IMG/VR virus record: IMGVR_UViG_2778261299_000011
Length of the DNA: 42,122 bases
Source: a virus
Lineage: Duplodnaviria > Heunggongvirae > Uroviricota > Caudoviricetes
Strand: one strand, 5' to 3'
Made by a program: the position numbers and the translations under genes. The notes beneath the pieces were generated by a model. The model saw nothing but the letters and a program-made list of their open reading frames with translations. It ran no database searches and was not told the origin of the DNA. Within the stretch, counting starts at the first letter, position 1; every line of letters begins with the position of its first letter. This document shows, in pieces, positions 8,153-16,505 of the stretch.

Positions 8153-8734
8153 ATGAACAACTCATGGTGGCAGGAACTAATGCATTTTTTCCTGCAAGGA
8201 ATGACACTTAAACAGTTGATTCATATGCTAATCATTCTGATCATATTGATTATTGTTATGCCGGTAAGCGTAAAAGAATGGATAAACCTGCATAATCCAG
8301 AAATCCTTCCTCATTACTGGATGTATTACATCCTGTTGTTTTGCGTTAGCTATGTGCTTAACGGCGTTGTTAATTCCGCTTATCACGCTGTGACTGAAAG
8401 AATTGAGGTATCCGCTGCTCAGAAGCGCAAATCTAAAGAAGAAAAATATGTGCAAGATTTGTTTGATTCATTAACTCTTGGAGAAAGAGCGTATTTGGCA
8501 TTCGCTGTAGCCGCTAATAACCAGCTACAAACGGAAAAGGGAGCTCATGAATCAATTTCATTGCTCAAAAAAGGACTCCTCGTTCGAAGGCCTCCTGCTG
8601 TTGGATATCCTGATACCGACCGTTTCGTTATCCCTGAAAGCTATAGACATGAGTGCTACATTAGGTTTGCCGGGAAGGCAGACAGCCTTATGGATGAACT
8701 TATCGCTCAGGATAAGCATGGCAAAAACAAGTAA
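8153..8734 (+). CDS. sieB: Superinfection exclusion protein B, 193 aa
   Basis: N-terminal TM segments (LIHMLIILIILIIVMPV, YWMYYILLFCVSYVL). Plus-strand orientation between ral and N and length match lambda/P22 SieB. Confidence 0.8.
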   Translation: MNNSWWQELMHFFLQGMTLKQLIHMLIILIILIIVMPVSVKEWINLHNPEILPHYWMYYILLFCVSYVLNGVVNSAYHAVTERIEVSAAQKRKSKEEKYVQDLFDSLTLGERAYLAFAVAANNQLQTEKGAHESISLLKKGLLVRRPPAVGYPDTDRFVIPESYRHECYIRFAGKADSLMDELIAQDKHGKNK

Positions 8735-8750
8735 TTAGCAAATGAATTTA

Positions 8751-9023
8751 TCATCTCGCCGTCAGTTGTTTTGATTTCCGGTAGCCTGCCGCGTAAATGG
8801 CTACGTTTGGCAGGCAAATACTTCCACTGCATTCATCTGCCTTCTTGCAGCGAAGGCTTCCGAGTGATGCTGCTTTGTCTGCTCTGACGCAACCAGAGAG
8901 CTTTAGCGCAATTTTTCGCGCCAGTCGCTGTTCTTGCATTGCCTGCTCACGTTGAGCCTGTCTGCGTGCTCTGCGGCGATTTCTGGCGTTATCGTTAGCC
9001 AGATATGTAATGACTACTGCCAT
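8751..9023 (-). CDS. N: N-family transcription antiterminator, 90 aa
   Basis: Arginine-rich motif NARNRRRARRQAQREQ near the N-terminus. The C-terminal ...AIYAAGYRKSKQLTAR resembles P22 gp24/phage 21 N. It is the first gene after pL-nutL. Confidence 0.8.
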   Translation of the reverse strand: MAVVITYLANDNARNRRRARRQAQREQAMQEQRLARKIALKLSGCVRADKAASLGSLRCKKADECSGSICLPNVAIYAAGYRKSKQLTAR

Positions 9024-9130
9024 GTTGACCTCCGATGATTGACTTTGGCGGTGACGCGCCGGGTGCTTATCTTCCGGTTGCCGTCGTGCAGCTGCACTTC
9101 ACGTCACCCCAAAGCCAACTACTCTTTGGT

Positions 9131-9171
9131 TCCCGCATTTCGGCGGGACAATCCCATCAATGTTAAAGAGC
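9131..9171 (-). promoter_or_regulatory. nutL (boxA + boxB)
   Basis: Minus strand reads GCTCTTTAACA (boxA, 9161-9171) then TCCCGCCGAAATGCGGGA (boxB hairpin, 9131-9148). The identical boxB occurs at nutR on the plus strand. Confidence 0.75.
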
Positions 9172-9214
9172 CTGCCAATCTGTTCCGTTTGGCTACCAGC
9201 GTCCTGCTGATGAC

Positions 9215-9300
9215 TTAAATTTAAGATTTCTTTAATTGTTGGTCAAGGGTGTTTTGAAGAAAACTTAAATTTTATTGCGAAGTTTAAGTTTTGCTTTGAT
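9215..9300 (-). promoter_or_regulatory. pL promoter and OL operators (P22-type 18-bp sites)
   Basis: Minus strand has TTGACC (rc of 9241-9246), 17 nt, then TAAATT (rc of 9218-9223). Operator-like sites are ATTTAAGATTTCTTTAAT (9219-9236) and TTTGAAGAAAACTTAAAT (9253-9270), plus a third near 9282-9300. Confidence 0.65.
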
Positions 9301-9310
9301 TTTTAAAGGA

Positions 9311-9335
9311 AAGAAAAAAAGGGGCGAATGCCCCT
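9311..9335 (-). terminator. Terminator immediately after the repressor gene
   Basis: Minus strand reads AGGGGC-ATTC-GCCCCT followed by TTTTTTTCTTTCC. Confidence 0.55.
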
Positions 9336-9985
9336 TATGGAAGGTTTGCTATTTTTGCATCGACAACTACACCGATGATTTTGCAGTTCCCGTTGATCTC
9401 AATCATCGGATATTGTGGGTTAAGTGGTTTTAGAAACCTTCTACCAGCATCAATAACTAACTTCTTGAAAGTTGCCTCGTTTTCTCCTTCGAGCTTTGCC
9501 ACTACCAGCTTCCCATTACGAGGTTCTACTTCAGGATCAACAAGTATTATCATCCCTTCCGGGATGCTAAGACCGGCTGGAGCCGTCATCGAATCACCCT
9601 TTACGTCCAGCCAAAACGAATCTTCTGAACAATCTACGGTTGTATCGTACCAGTTATCTATTGCACGCTTATGATATGGCTCTACAGCTTCCATCCAACA
9701 TCCTGCGCTTACCCAACTAATTAGAGGATACGAACCTCTTGGATCATGCCTGCTGTGATAGGCAATGTTTGAAAGACTATCTTCTCCTTTCAACAAGTAA
9801 TCAGGGGAGCACTGTAAAGCCTTGGCTAAAGCCAATAGGTTTTCGCCATTGGGCTCAGTTTCAGAACGCTCCCATTGGGAAATAGCAACATTAGACACGC
9901 CAACCATCTTGCCAAGGGCAGCCTGCCTAATCTTAAGTTCTTTTCTGCGAGCGCGAATACGCTCACCCATCAGTTGTGTATTCAT
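9335..9985 (-). CDS. cI: Prophage repressor, P22 C2-type (HTH + S24 autopeptidase), 216 aa
   Basis: MNTQLMGERIRARRK.LKIRQAALGKMVGVSNVAISQWERSETEPNGENLLAL.KALQCSPDYLL... and GDSMTAPAGLSIPEGMIILVDPE...FKKL match my recollection of P22 C2 nearly throughout. Confidence 0.95.
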   Translation of the reverse strand: MNTQLMGERIRARRKELKIRQAALGKMVGVSNVAISQWERSETEPNGENLLALAKALQCSPDYLLKGEDSLSNIAYHSRHDPRGSYPLISWVSAGCWMEAVEPYHKRAIDNWYDTTVDCSEDSFWLDVKGDSMTAPAGLSIPEGMIILVDPEVEPRNGKLVVAKLEGENEATFKKLVIDAGRRFLKPLNPQYPMIEINGNCKIIGVVVDAKIANLP

Positions 9986-10051
9986 AGTTAAGACATCTTA
10001 AATAAACTTGACTTAAGATTCCTTTGATAGATAATTTAAGTGTTCTTTAAT
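9986..10051 (+). promoter_or_regulatory. OR3-OR2-OR1 operators with pR (and divergent pRM)
   Basis: Three 18-bp sites: AGTTAAGACATCTTAAAT (9986-10003), ACTTAAGATTCCTTTGAT (10011-10028) and ATTTAAGTGTTCTTTAAT (10034-10051). pR is TTGACT (10008-10013), 17 nt, then ATAATT (10031-10036). Confidence 0.8.
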
Positions 10052-10065
10052 TTGGTGGCGAGTCT

Positions 10066-10251
10066 ATGTACAAGAAAGATGTTATCGACCACTTCGGAAC
10101 CCAGCGTGCGGTAGCTAAAGCGTTAGGCATTAGCGATGCAGCAGTCTCTCAGTGGAAGGAAGTCATCCCAGAGAAAGACGCCTATCGACTGGAAGTCGTT
10201 ACAGCTGGCGCCCTGAAGTATCAAGAAAGTGCTTATCGCAAAGCGGCATAA
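10066..10251 (+). CDS. cro: Cro repressor, P22-type, 61 aa
   Basis: MYKKDVIDHFGTQRAVAKALGISDAAVSQWKEVIPEKDAYRLE..., P22 Cro as I recall it. Confidence 0.9.
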   Translation: MYKKDVIDHFGTQRAVAKALGISDAAVSQWKEVIPEKDAYRLEVVTAGALKYQESAYRKAA

Positions 10252-10258
10252 GCAAATT

Positions 10259-10301
10259 GCTCTTTAACAGTCATGGTCCTTATTCCCGCCGAAATGCGGG
10301 A
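10259..10301 (+). promoter_or_regulatory. nutR (boxA + boxB)
   Basis: GCTCTTTAACA (10259-10269) then TCCCGCCGAAATGCGGGA (10284-10301), identical to the nutL boxB. Confidence 0.8.
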
Positions 10302-10359
10302 ATACAACGCGCATCAGTTGGTGCGTATAACTTCTTATTTGTTAAGGAAATACTTACAT

Positions 10360-10638
10360 ATGCAACTTACAAGTACTCGCAAGAAAGCGAATGCAATCAC
10401 AAGCAACATCCTGAATCGAATTGCTGTACGTGGTCAGCGAAAGGTTGCTGATGCATTAGGGATTAATGAATCGCAAATTTCGCGATGGAAAGACAGCTTT
10501 ATCCCAAAGATGGCCATGCTTCTGGCTGTGCTGGAGTGGGGTGTTGAAGACGAGGAATTAGCAAAGCTAGCAAAGAAAGTAGCCATGGTGCTGACAAAAG
10601 AAAAGCCTCAAGACTGCTGCAACAGTTTTGAGGCCTGA
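10360..10638 (+). CDS. cII: CII-type lysogeny activator (P22 C1-like), 92 aa
   Basis: ATG 10360 follows AAGGAAATACTTACAT. Product is MQLTSTRKKANAITSNILNRIAVRGQRKVADALGINESQISRWK.. with an HTH. The N-terminal part of track ORF 10273 covers nutR and is rejected. Confidence 0.85.
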   Translation: MQLTSTRKKANAITSNILNRIAVRGQRKVADALGINESQISRWKDSFIPKMAMLLAVLEWGVEDEELAKLAKKVAMVLTKEKPQDCCNSFEA

Positions 10639-10672
10639 TGTAGAAAGACTGGATCAATCCACAGGAGTCATT

Positions 10673-11572
10673 ATGACAAATACAGCAAAAATACTCAACT
10701 TCGGCAGAGGTAACTTTACCGGACAGGAGCGTAATGTGGCAGATCTCGATGATGGTTACGCCAGACTATCAAATATGCTGCTTGAGGCTTATTCAGGCGC
10801 AGATCTGACCAAGCGACAATTTAAAGTGCTGCTTGCCATTCTGCGTAAAACCTATGGGTGGAATAAACCAATGGACAGAATCACCGATTCTCAACTTAGC
10901 GAGATTACAAAGTTACCTGTCAAACGGTGCAATGAAGCCAAGTTAGAACTCGTCAGAATGAATATTATCAAGCAGCAAGGCGGCATGTTTGGACCAAATA
11001 AAAGCATCTCAGAATGGTGTATCCCTCAAAACGAGGGAAAATCCCCTAAAACGAGGGATAAAACATCCCTCAAATTGGGGGATTGCTATCCCTCAAAACA
11101 GGGGGACACAAAAGACACTATTACAAAAGAAAAAAGAAAAGATTATTCGTCCGAGAATTCTGGCGAATCCTCTGACCAGCCAGAAAACGATCTTTCTGTG
11201 GTTAAACCGGATGCTGCAATTCAGAGCGGCAGCAAGTGGGGGACAGCAGAAGACCTGACCGCCGCAGAGTGGATGTTTGACATGGTGAAGACTATCGCAC
11301 CATCAGCCAGAAAACCGAATTTTGCTGGGTGGGCTAACGATATCCGCCTGATGCGTGAACGTGACGGACGTAACCATCGCGACATGTGTGTACTGTTCCG
11401 CTGGGCATGCCAGGACAACTTCTGGTCCGGTAACGTGCTTAGCCCGGCCAAACTCCGCGACAAGTGGACCCAGCTCGAAATCAACCGTAACAAGCAACAG
11501 GCAGTCGTGACAGCCAGCAAACCAAAACTCGACCTGACAAACACAGACTGGATTTACGGGGTGGATCTATGA
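10673..11572 (+). CDS. O: Replication initiator O (lambda O), 299 aa
   Basis: MTNTAKILNFGRGNFTGQERNVADLDDGYARLSNMLLEAYSGADLTKRQFKVLLAILRKTYGWNKPMDRITDSQL... matches lambda O and contains the ori iterons. Confidence 0.95.
   Translation: MTNTAKILNFGRGNFTGQERNVADLDDGYARLSNMLLEAYSGADLTKRQFKVLLAILRKTYGWNKPMDRITDSQLSEITKLPVKRCNEAKLELVRMNIIKQQGGMFGPNKSISEWCIPQNEGKSPKTRDKTSLKLGDCYPSKQGDTKDTITKEKRKDYSSENSGESSDQPENDLSVVKPDAAIQSGSKWGTAEDLTAAEWMFDMVKTIAPSARKPNFAGWANDIRLMRERDGRNHRDMCVLFRWACQDNFWSGNVLSPAKLRDKWTQLEINRNKQQAVVTASKPKLDLTNTDWIYGVDL
11031..11160 (+). repeat. ori-lambda: four iterons plus AT-rich region, inside O
   Basis: ATCCCTCAAAACGAGGGA, ATCCCCTAAAACGAGGGA, ATCCCTCAAATTGGGGGA and ATCCCTCAAAACAGGGGGA (11031-11117), followed by AAAAGACACTATTACAAAAGAAAAAAGAAAAGATTATT. 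Confidence 0.9.
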
Positions 11573-12270
11573 AAAACATCGCCGCACAGATGGTTAACTT
11601 TGACCGTGAGCAGATGCGTCGGATCGCCAACAACATGCCGGAACAGTACGACGAAAAGCCGCAGGTACAGCAGGTAGCGCAGATCATCAACGGTGTGTTC
11701 AGCCAGTTACTGGCAACTTTCCCGGCGAGTCTGGCTAACCGTGACCAGAACGAACTGAACGAAATCCGCCGCCAGTGGGTTCTGGCTTTCCGGGAAAACG
11801 GGATCACCACAATGGAACAGGTTAACGCAGGAATGCGCGTAGCCCGTCGGCAGAATCGACCATTTCTGCCATCACCCGGGCAGTTTGTTGCATGGTGCCG
11901 GGAAGAAGCATCCGTTATCGCCGGACTGCCAAACGTCAGCGAGCTGCTTGATATGGTTTACGAGTATTGCCGGAAGCGAGGCCTGTATCCGGATGCGGAG
12001 TCTTATCCGTGGAAATCAAACGCGCACTACTGGCTGGTTACCAACCTGTATCAGAACATGCGGGCCAATGCGCTTACTGATGCGGAATTACGCCGTAAGG
12101 CCGCAGATGAGCTTGTCCATATGACTGCGAGAATTAACCGTGGTGAGGCGATCCCTGAACCAGTAAAACAACTTCCTGTCATGGGCGGTAGACCTCTAAA
12201 TCGTGCACAGGCTCTGGCGAAGATCGCAGAACTCAAAGCTAAGTTCGGACTGAAAGGAGCAAGTGTATGA
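11569..12270 (+). CDS. P: Replication protein P (DnaB loader), 233 aa
   Basis: MKNIAAQMVNFDREQMRRIANNMPEQYDEKPQVQQVAQIINGVFSQLLATFPASLANRDQNE... matches lambda P. ATGA overlap with O. Confidence 0.95.
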   Translation: MKNIAAQMVNFDREQMRRIANNMPEQYDEKPQVQQVAQIINGVFSQLLATFPASLANRDQNELNEIRRQWVLAFRENGITTMEQVNAGMRVARRQNRPFLPSPGQFVAWCREEASVIAGLPNVSELLDMVYEYCRKRGLYPDAESYPWKSNAHYWLVTNLYQNMRANALTDAELRRKAADELVHMTARINRGEAIPEPVKQLPVMGGRPLNRAQALAKIAELKAKFGLKGASV

Positions 12271-12557
12271 CGGGCAAAGAGGCAATTATTCATTACCTGG
12301 GGACGCATAATAGCTTCTGTGCGCCGGACGTTGCCGCGCTAACAGGCGCAACAGTAACCAGCATAAATCAGGCCGCGGCTAAAATGGCACGGGCAGGTCT
12401 TCTGGTTATCGAAGGTAAGGTCTGGCGAACGGTGTATTACCGGTTTGCTACCAGGGAAGAACGGGAAGGAAAGATGAGCACGAACCTGATTTTTAAGGAG
12501 TGTCGCCAGAGTGCCGCGATGAAACGGGTATTGGCGGTATATGGAGTTAAAAGATGA
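12267..12557 (+). CDS. ren: Ren (Rex-exclusion escape protein), 96 aa
   Basis: MTGKEAIIHYLGTHNSFCAPDVAALTGATVTSINQAAAKMARAGLLVIEGKVWRTVYYRFATREERE... matches lambda Ren. Confidence 0.85.
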   Translation: MTGKEAIIHYLGTHNSFCAPDVAALTGATVTSINQAAAKMARAGLLVIEGKVWRTVYYRFATREEREGKMSTNLIFKECRQSAAMKRVLAVYGVKR

Positions 12558-12582
12558 CCATCTACATCACTGAGCTAATAAC

Positions 12583-12611
12583 AGGCCTGCTGGTAATCGC
12601 AGGCCTTTTTA
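12583..12611 (+). terminator. tR2-type rho-independent terminator
   Basis: AGGCCTGC-TGGTAATC-GCAGGCCT followed by TTTTTATTT, between ren and ninB as in lambda. Confidence 0.8.
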
Positions 12612-12630
12612 TTTGGGGGAGAGGGAAGTC

Positions 12631-13071
12631 ATGAAAAAACTAACCTTTGAAATTCGATCTCCAGCACATCAGCAGAACGCCATTCAAGCTATCCAGCAAA
12701 TCCTTCCAGACCCAACCAAACCAATCGTAGTAACCATTCAGGAACGCAACCGCAGCTTAGACCAGAATCGAAAGCTTTGGGCTTGCCTTGGTGACGTCTC
12801 TCGTCAGGTTGAATGGCATGGTCGCTGGCTGGATGCAGAAAGCTGGAAGTGCGTTTTTACAGCAGCATTAAAGCAGCAGGACGTTGTTCCTAACCTTGCC
12901 GGGAATGGCTTTGTGGTAATAGGCCAGTCAACCAGCAGGATGCGTGTAAGCGAATTTGCGGAGCTATTAGAGCTTATACAGGCATTCGGTACAGAGCGTG
13001 GCGTTAAGTGGTCAGACGAAGCGCGACTAGCTCTCGAATGGAAAGCGCGATGGGGAGAGCGGGCTGCATGA
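12631..13071 (+). CDS. ninB: NinB (Orf) recombination mediator, 146 aa
   Basis: ATG 12631 gives MKKLTFEIRSPAHQQNAIQAIQQILPDPTKPIVVTIQERNRSLDQNRKLWACLGDVSRQVEWHGRWLD..., lambda NinB family. Confidence 0.9.
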   Translation: MKKLTFEIRSPAHQQNAIQAIQQILPDPTKPIVVTIQERNRSLDQNRKLWACLGDVSRQVEWHGRWLDAESWKCVFTAALKQQDVVPNLAGNGFVVIGQSTSRMRVSEFAELLELIQAFGTERGVKWSDEARLALEWKARWGERAA

Positions 13072-13508
13072 CTATCAAATCAAATACGCCAGCACACGAC
13101 AAGGACTGCTGGCAAACGCCGCTTTGGCTTTTTGATGCACTGGATATTGAGTTTGGATTCTGGCTGGATTCGGCAGCGAGCGACAAAAATGCTCTGTGCG
13201 CTCACTGGTTAACTGAGGCCGACGACGCGCTAAATTCTGAGTGGATAAGCCACGGTGCAATCTGGAATAACCCACCGTACAGCAATATCAGGCCGTGGGT
13301 GGAAAAAGCCGCTGAGCAGTGCATACAACAGCGACAGACGGTAGTGATGCTTGTGCCAGAGGATATGTCTGTCGGATGGTTCAGCAAGGCTCTGGAGAGT
13401 ATTGACGAAGTTCGCATCATCACTGATGGACGGATTAATTTTATCGAACCATCGACAGGGCTGGAGAAGAAGGGAAACAGCAAAGGTTCCATGCTGCTGA
13501 TTTGGTGA
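13068..13508 (+). CDS. Phage N6-adenine DNA methyltransferase (Dam-like), ending at an in-frame TGA
   Basis: ATG 13068 (ATGA overlap with ninB). Product starts [35 protein letters not shown] and carries the catalytic NPPY ([10 protein letters not shown]). The frame continues open for 28 codons past the TGA (see findings). Confidence 0.8.
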   Translation: MTIKSNTPAHDKDCWQTPLWLFDALDIEFGFWLDSAASDKNALCAHWLTEADDALNSEWISHGAIWNNPPYSNIRPWVEKAAEQCIQQRQTVVMLVPEDMSVGWFSKALESIDEVRIITDGRINFIEPSTGLEKKGNSKGSMLLIW

Positions 13509-13591
13509 CCGTTCATCAGTCCTCGACGGATGTTTACTACCGTATCCAAAGCGGCATTGATGGCGATCGGGCAGGGCGTCAGGAGGGCAGC

Positions 13592-13774
13592 ATGAGACGA
13601 CAGCGACGAAGTATCACCGACATCATCTGCGAAAACTGCAAATACCTTCCAACGAAGCGCTCCAGAAATAAACGCAAGCCAATCCCAAAAGAATCTGACG
13701 TAAAAACCTTCAACTACACGGCTCACCTGTGGGATATCCGGTGGCTTAGAGAACGTGCGAGGAAAACAAGGTGA
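13592..13774 (+). CDS. ninE: NinE, 60 aa
   Basis: ATG 13592 gives [59 protein letters not shown], lambda NinE. Confidence 0.75.
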   Translation: MRRQRRSITDIICENCKYLPTKRSRNKRKPIPKESDVKTFNYTAHLWDIRWLRERARKTR

Positions 13775-13941
13775 TTGACCAAAATCGAAGTTACGAACAA
13801 GGAAGTGTCGAGCGAGCTTTAACGTGCGCTAACTGCGGTCAGAAGCTGCATGTGCTGGAAGTTCACGTGTGTGAGCACTGCTGCGCAGAACTGATGAGCG
13901 ATCCGAATAGCTCGATGCACGAGGAAGAAGACGATGGCTAA
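13771..13941 (+). CDS. ninF: NinF, 56 aa (GTG start)
   Basis: Hand translation gives (V)[55 protein letters not shown], lambda NinF-like. GTGA overlap with ninE. Confidence 0.65.
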   Translation: MIDQNRSYEQGSVERALTCANCGQKLHVLEVHVCEHCCAELMSDPNSSMHEEEDDG

Positions 13942-14545
13942 ACCAGCGCGAAGACGATGTAAAAACGATGAATGTCGGGAATGGTTTCACCCTGCATTCG
14001 CCAATCAGTGGTGGTGCTCTCCAGAGTGTGGAACCAAGATAGCACTCGAACGACGAAGCAAAGAACGCGAAAAAGCGGAAAAGGCAGCAGAGAAGAAACG
14101 ACGACGAGAGGAGCAGAAACAGAAAGATAAACTTAAGATTCGAAAACTCGCCTTAAAGCCCCGCAGTTACTGGATTAAACAAGCCCAACAAGCCGTAAAC
14201 GCCTTCATCAGAGAAAGAGACCGCGACTTACCATGTATCTCGTGCGGAACGCTCACGTCTGCTCAGTGGGATGCCGGGCATTACCGGACAACTGCTGCGG
14301 CGCCTCAACTCCGATTTGATGAACGCAATATTCACAAGCAATGCGTGGTGTGCAACCAGCACAAAAGCGGAAATCTCGTTCCGTATCGCGTCGAACTGAT
14401 TAACCGCATCGGGCAGGAAGCAGTAGACGAAATCGAATCAAACCATAACCGCCATCGCTGGACTGTCGAAGAGTGCAGGGCCATCAAGGCGGAGTATCAA
14501 CAGAAACTTAAAAAACTGCGAAACAGCAGAAGTGAGGCTGCATGA
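13934..14545 (+). CDS. ninG: NinG / Rap-like recombination endonuclease, 203 aa
   Basis: [50 protein letters not shown]...CISCG...H...[11 protein letters not shown] matches the lambda NinG family. Confidence 0.9.
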   Translation: MAKPARRRCKNDECREWFHPAFANQWWCSPECGTKIALERRSKEREKAEKAAEKKRRREEQKQKDKLKIRKLALKPRSYWIKQAQQAVNAFIRERDRDLPCISCGTLTSAQWDAGHYRTTAAAPQLRFDERNIHKQCVVCNQHKSGNLVPYRVELINRIGQEAVDEIESNHNRHRWTVEECRAIKAEYQQKLKKLRNSRSEAA

Positions 14546-15213
14546 ATATCTACGAAAGAATTGATGGCAGCAAATACCGAAATATTTGGGTAGTTGGCGA
14601 TCTGCACGGATGCTACACGAACCTGATGAACAAACTGGATACGATTGGATTCGACAACAAAAAAGACCTGCTTATCTCGGTGGGCGATTTGGTTGATCGT
14701 GGTGCAGAGAACGTTGAATGCCTGGAATTAATCACATTCCCCTGGTTCAGAGCTGTACGTGGAAACCATGAGCAAATGATGATTGATGGCTTATCAGAGC
14801 GTGGAAACGTTAATCACTGGCTGCTTAATGGCGGTGGCTGGTTCTTTAATCTCGATTACGACAAAGAAATTCTGGCTAAAGCTCTTGCCCATAAAGCAGA
14901 AGAACTTCCGTTAATCATCGAACTGGTGAGCAAAGGTAAAAAATATGTCATCTGCCACGCCGATTATCCTTGTGACGAATACGAATTTGGAAAGCCAGTT
15001 GATCATCAGCAGGTAATCTGGAACCGCGAACGAATCAGCAACTCACAAGACGGGATCGTTAAAGAAATTAAAGGCGCGGACACGTTTATCTTTGGTCATA
15101 CGCCAGCAGTGAAACCACTCAAATTTGCCAACCAGATGTATATCGATACTGGGGCAGTGTTCTGCGGAAATCTCACATTGATTCAGGTACAGGGAGAAGG
15201 CGCGTGGGCATAA
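14542..15213 (+). CDS. ninI: Lambda-type Ser/Thr protein phosphatase (metallophosphoesterase), 223 aa
   Basis: [53 protein letters not shown]...[11 protein letters not shown] matches lambda PPase almost throughout. Confidence 0.9.
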   Translation: MNIYERIDGSKYRNIWVVGDLHGCYTNLMNKLDTIGFDNKKDLLISVGDLVDRGAENVECLELITFPWFRAVRGNHEQMMIDGLSERGNVNHWLLNGGGWFFNLDYDKEILAKALAHKAEELPLIIELVSKGKKYVICHADYPCDEYEFGKPVDHQQVIWNRERISNSQDGIVKEIKGADTFIFGHTPAVKPLKFANQMYIDTGAVFCGNLTLIQVQGEGAWA

Positions 15214-15692
15214 GAGAACTAAACCTCACCAAAGAACAGCATGAGTGGCTGAATGGCTGGCTTGAACTGTGGGGCGCATGGGTTTATTCAGGTCGTCTGG
15301 AAAAGCGCATGAGCAGCGTAATAGCGAAGTTCATGGAGAGCGTAGAGCCGGGAAGAGTTATGACAAGGCCAATGTGTAATGATGATGATGGAATGTTGAT
15401 TTCTCAGGTCGTCGATTCCGTCATGTACATTGACAAGAAAGCCTTTGGAATCCTCCTCAGCTACTACGCTCATGGCTCTTCCAAGCACGCCATTGCATCT
15501 TACTATCATCGCGTCGCAAGACCTCGCAAGATGTTATGCCGTGGCGGCGGGCGCATTCAAAAACCATCGCTCGCAACCTGTCGACGGGAAGTTGACGAAA
15601 TCCTTAATGCCTCGTTGTTTATGATTTACCCGGTTCTGGATAGTGCGTTTAAAAATCGGAAACGTGTAGAGAAAATTAAACATGTAGCATAG
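15204..15692 (+). CDS. Q: Late-gene antiterminator Q family, 162 aa (GTG start)
   Basis: Last gene of the nin region and directly upstream of a TTGACA promoter and tR'-like terminator. The sequence resembles non-lambda Q alleles (phage 21-like size). The family call is by position plus recollection. Confidence 0.75.
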   Translation: MGIRELNLTKEQHEWLNGWLELWGAWVYSGRLEKRMSSVIAKFMESVEPGRVMTRPMCNDDDGMLISQVVDSVMYIDKKAFGILLSYYAHGSSKHAIASYYHRVARPRKMLCRGGGRIQKPSLATCRREVDEILNASLFMIYPVLDSAFKNRKRVEKIKHVA

Positions 15693-15698
15693 AACGTG

Positions 15699-15735
15699 TT
15701 GACATCATTGAGCAAATGAGCAACACTATTGGCAT
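15699..15735 (+). promoter_or_regulatory. pR' late promoter candidate
   Basis: TTGACA at 15699-15704 lies 6 nt after the Q stop. The -10 candidates AACACT/CACTAT lie at 15722-15729. Position is equivalent to lambda pR'. Confidence 0.45.
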
Positions 15736-15736
15736 A

Positions 15737-15780
15737 AGCTGCCGTTAGTGACTCTTAAGTTGCAACGGTGGCTTTTTTTA
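15737..15780 (+). terminator. tR'-like terminator (target of Q antitermination)
   Basis: AGCTGCCGTT (15737-15746) pairs with AACGGTGGCT (15764-15773; two G-U pairs), followed by TTTTTTTATTT. Confidence 0.65.
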
Positions 15781-15783
15781 TTT

Positions 15784-15858
15784 GGGTCAGTCGTATAAAG
15801 GTCATTACGGAAGGCTGTTAACCTTCTTATCGTGGTTCGAGTCCACGCTGTCCCGCCA
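15784..15858 (+). tRNA. tRNA-Asn (anticodon GUU), somewhat degenerate
   Basis: Hand fold: acceptor GGGTCAG/CTGTCCC (one T-T mismatch), a 3-bp D stem, anticodon stem GAAGG/CCTTC with loop CTGTTAA, T arm CGTGG-TTCGAGT-CCACG, discriminator G and encoded CCA. Confidence 0.6.
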
Positions 15859-15863
15859 AATAT

Positions 15864-15939
15864 GCTGGTTTAGCTCCAATGGTAGAGCAGTCGCCTTGTA
15901 AGCGAATGGGTAGCGGTTCAAGTCCGTTAACCAGCACCA
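15864..15939 (+). tRNA. tRNA-Thr (anticodon UGU)
   Basis: Hand fold: perfect acceptor GCTGGTT/AACCAGC, D arm GCTC-CAATGGTA-GAGC, anticodon loop CTTGTAA, T arm AGCGG-TTCAAGT-CCGTT, discriminator A and encoded CCA. Confidence 0.85.
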
Positions 15940-16181
15940 TAACTGAGCCGTAGCCACTGGCTATCCTGAATTCATCAGTGATAGTTACGCTGCGGCATTC
16001 TACGCATGACCTTCGTGAAAGCGGGTGGCAAGAGGCTGCGCTAACAACCTCCTGCCGTTTTGCCCGTGCATATCGGTCACGAACAAATCTGATTACTAAA
16101 CACAGTAGCCTGGATTTGTTCTATCAGTAATCGACATTATTTCTAATTAAATAGAGCAAATCCCCTTATTGTGGGTAAGAC

Positions 16182-16505
16182 ATGAAGATGCCAGAAAAAC
16201 ATGACCTGTTAGCCGCCATTCTCGCGGCAAAGGAACAAGGCATCGGGGCAATCCTTGCGTTTGCAATGGCGTACCTTCGCGGCAGATATAATGGCGGTGC
16301 GTTTACAAAAACAGTAATCGACGCAACGATGTGCGCCATTATCGCCTGGTTCATTCGTGACCTTCTCGACTTCGCCGGACTAAGTAGCAATCTCGCTTAT
16401 ATAACGAGCGTGTTCATCGGCTACATCGGTACTGACTCGATTGGTTCGCTTATCAAACGCTTCGCTGCTAAAAAAGCCGGAGTAGAAGATGGTGGAAATC
16501 AATAA
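16182..16505 (+). CDS. S: Holin S (S107/S105 dual start ATGAAGATG)
   Basis: [67 protein letters not shown]... matches lambda S. The upstream leader also matches lambda. Confidence 0.95.
   Translation: MKMPEKHDLLAAILAAKEQGIGAILAFAMAYLRGRYNGGAFTKTVIDATMCAIIAWFIRDLLDFAGLSSNLAYITSVFIGYIGTDSIGSLIKRFAAKKAGVEDGGNQ

Noticed and set aside
11031-11117. Four tandem ~18-bp repeats considered as a mini CRISPR or other array
   Set aside because: They are the ori-lambda iterons inside gene O, each an internal palindrome followed by the AT-rich unwinding region. No spacers or cas genes are present.
15784-15939. Phage tRNAs as UGA suppressors explaining the two in-frame TGAs
   Set aside because: The anticodon loops read CTGTTAA (GUU, Asn) and CTTGTAA (UGU, Thr). 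Neither is UCA.
15940-16165. A possible third tRNA or ncRNA after tRNA-Thr
   Set aside because: I could not fold a cloverleaf. From about 16020 the sequence matches the lambda leader upstream of S as I recall it.
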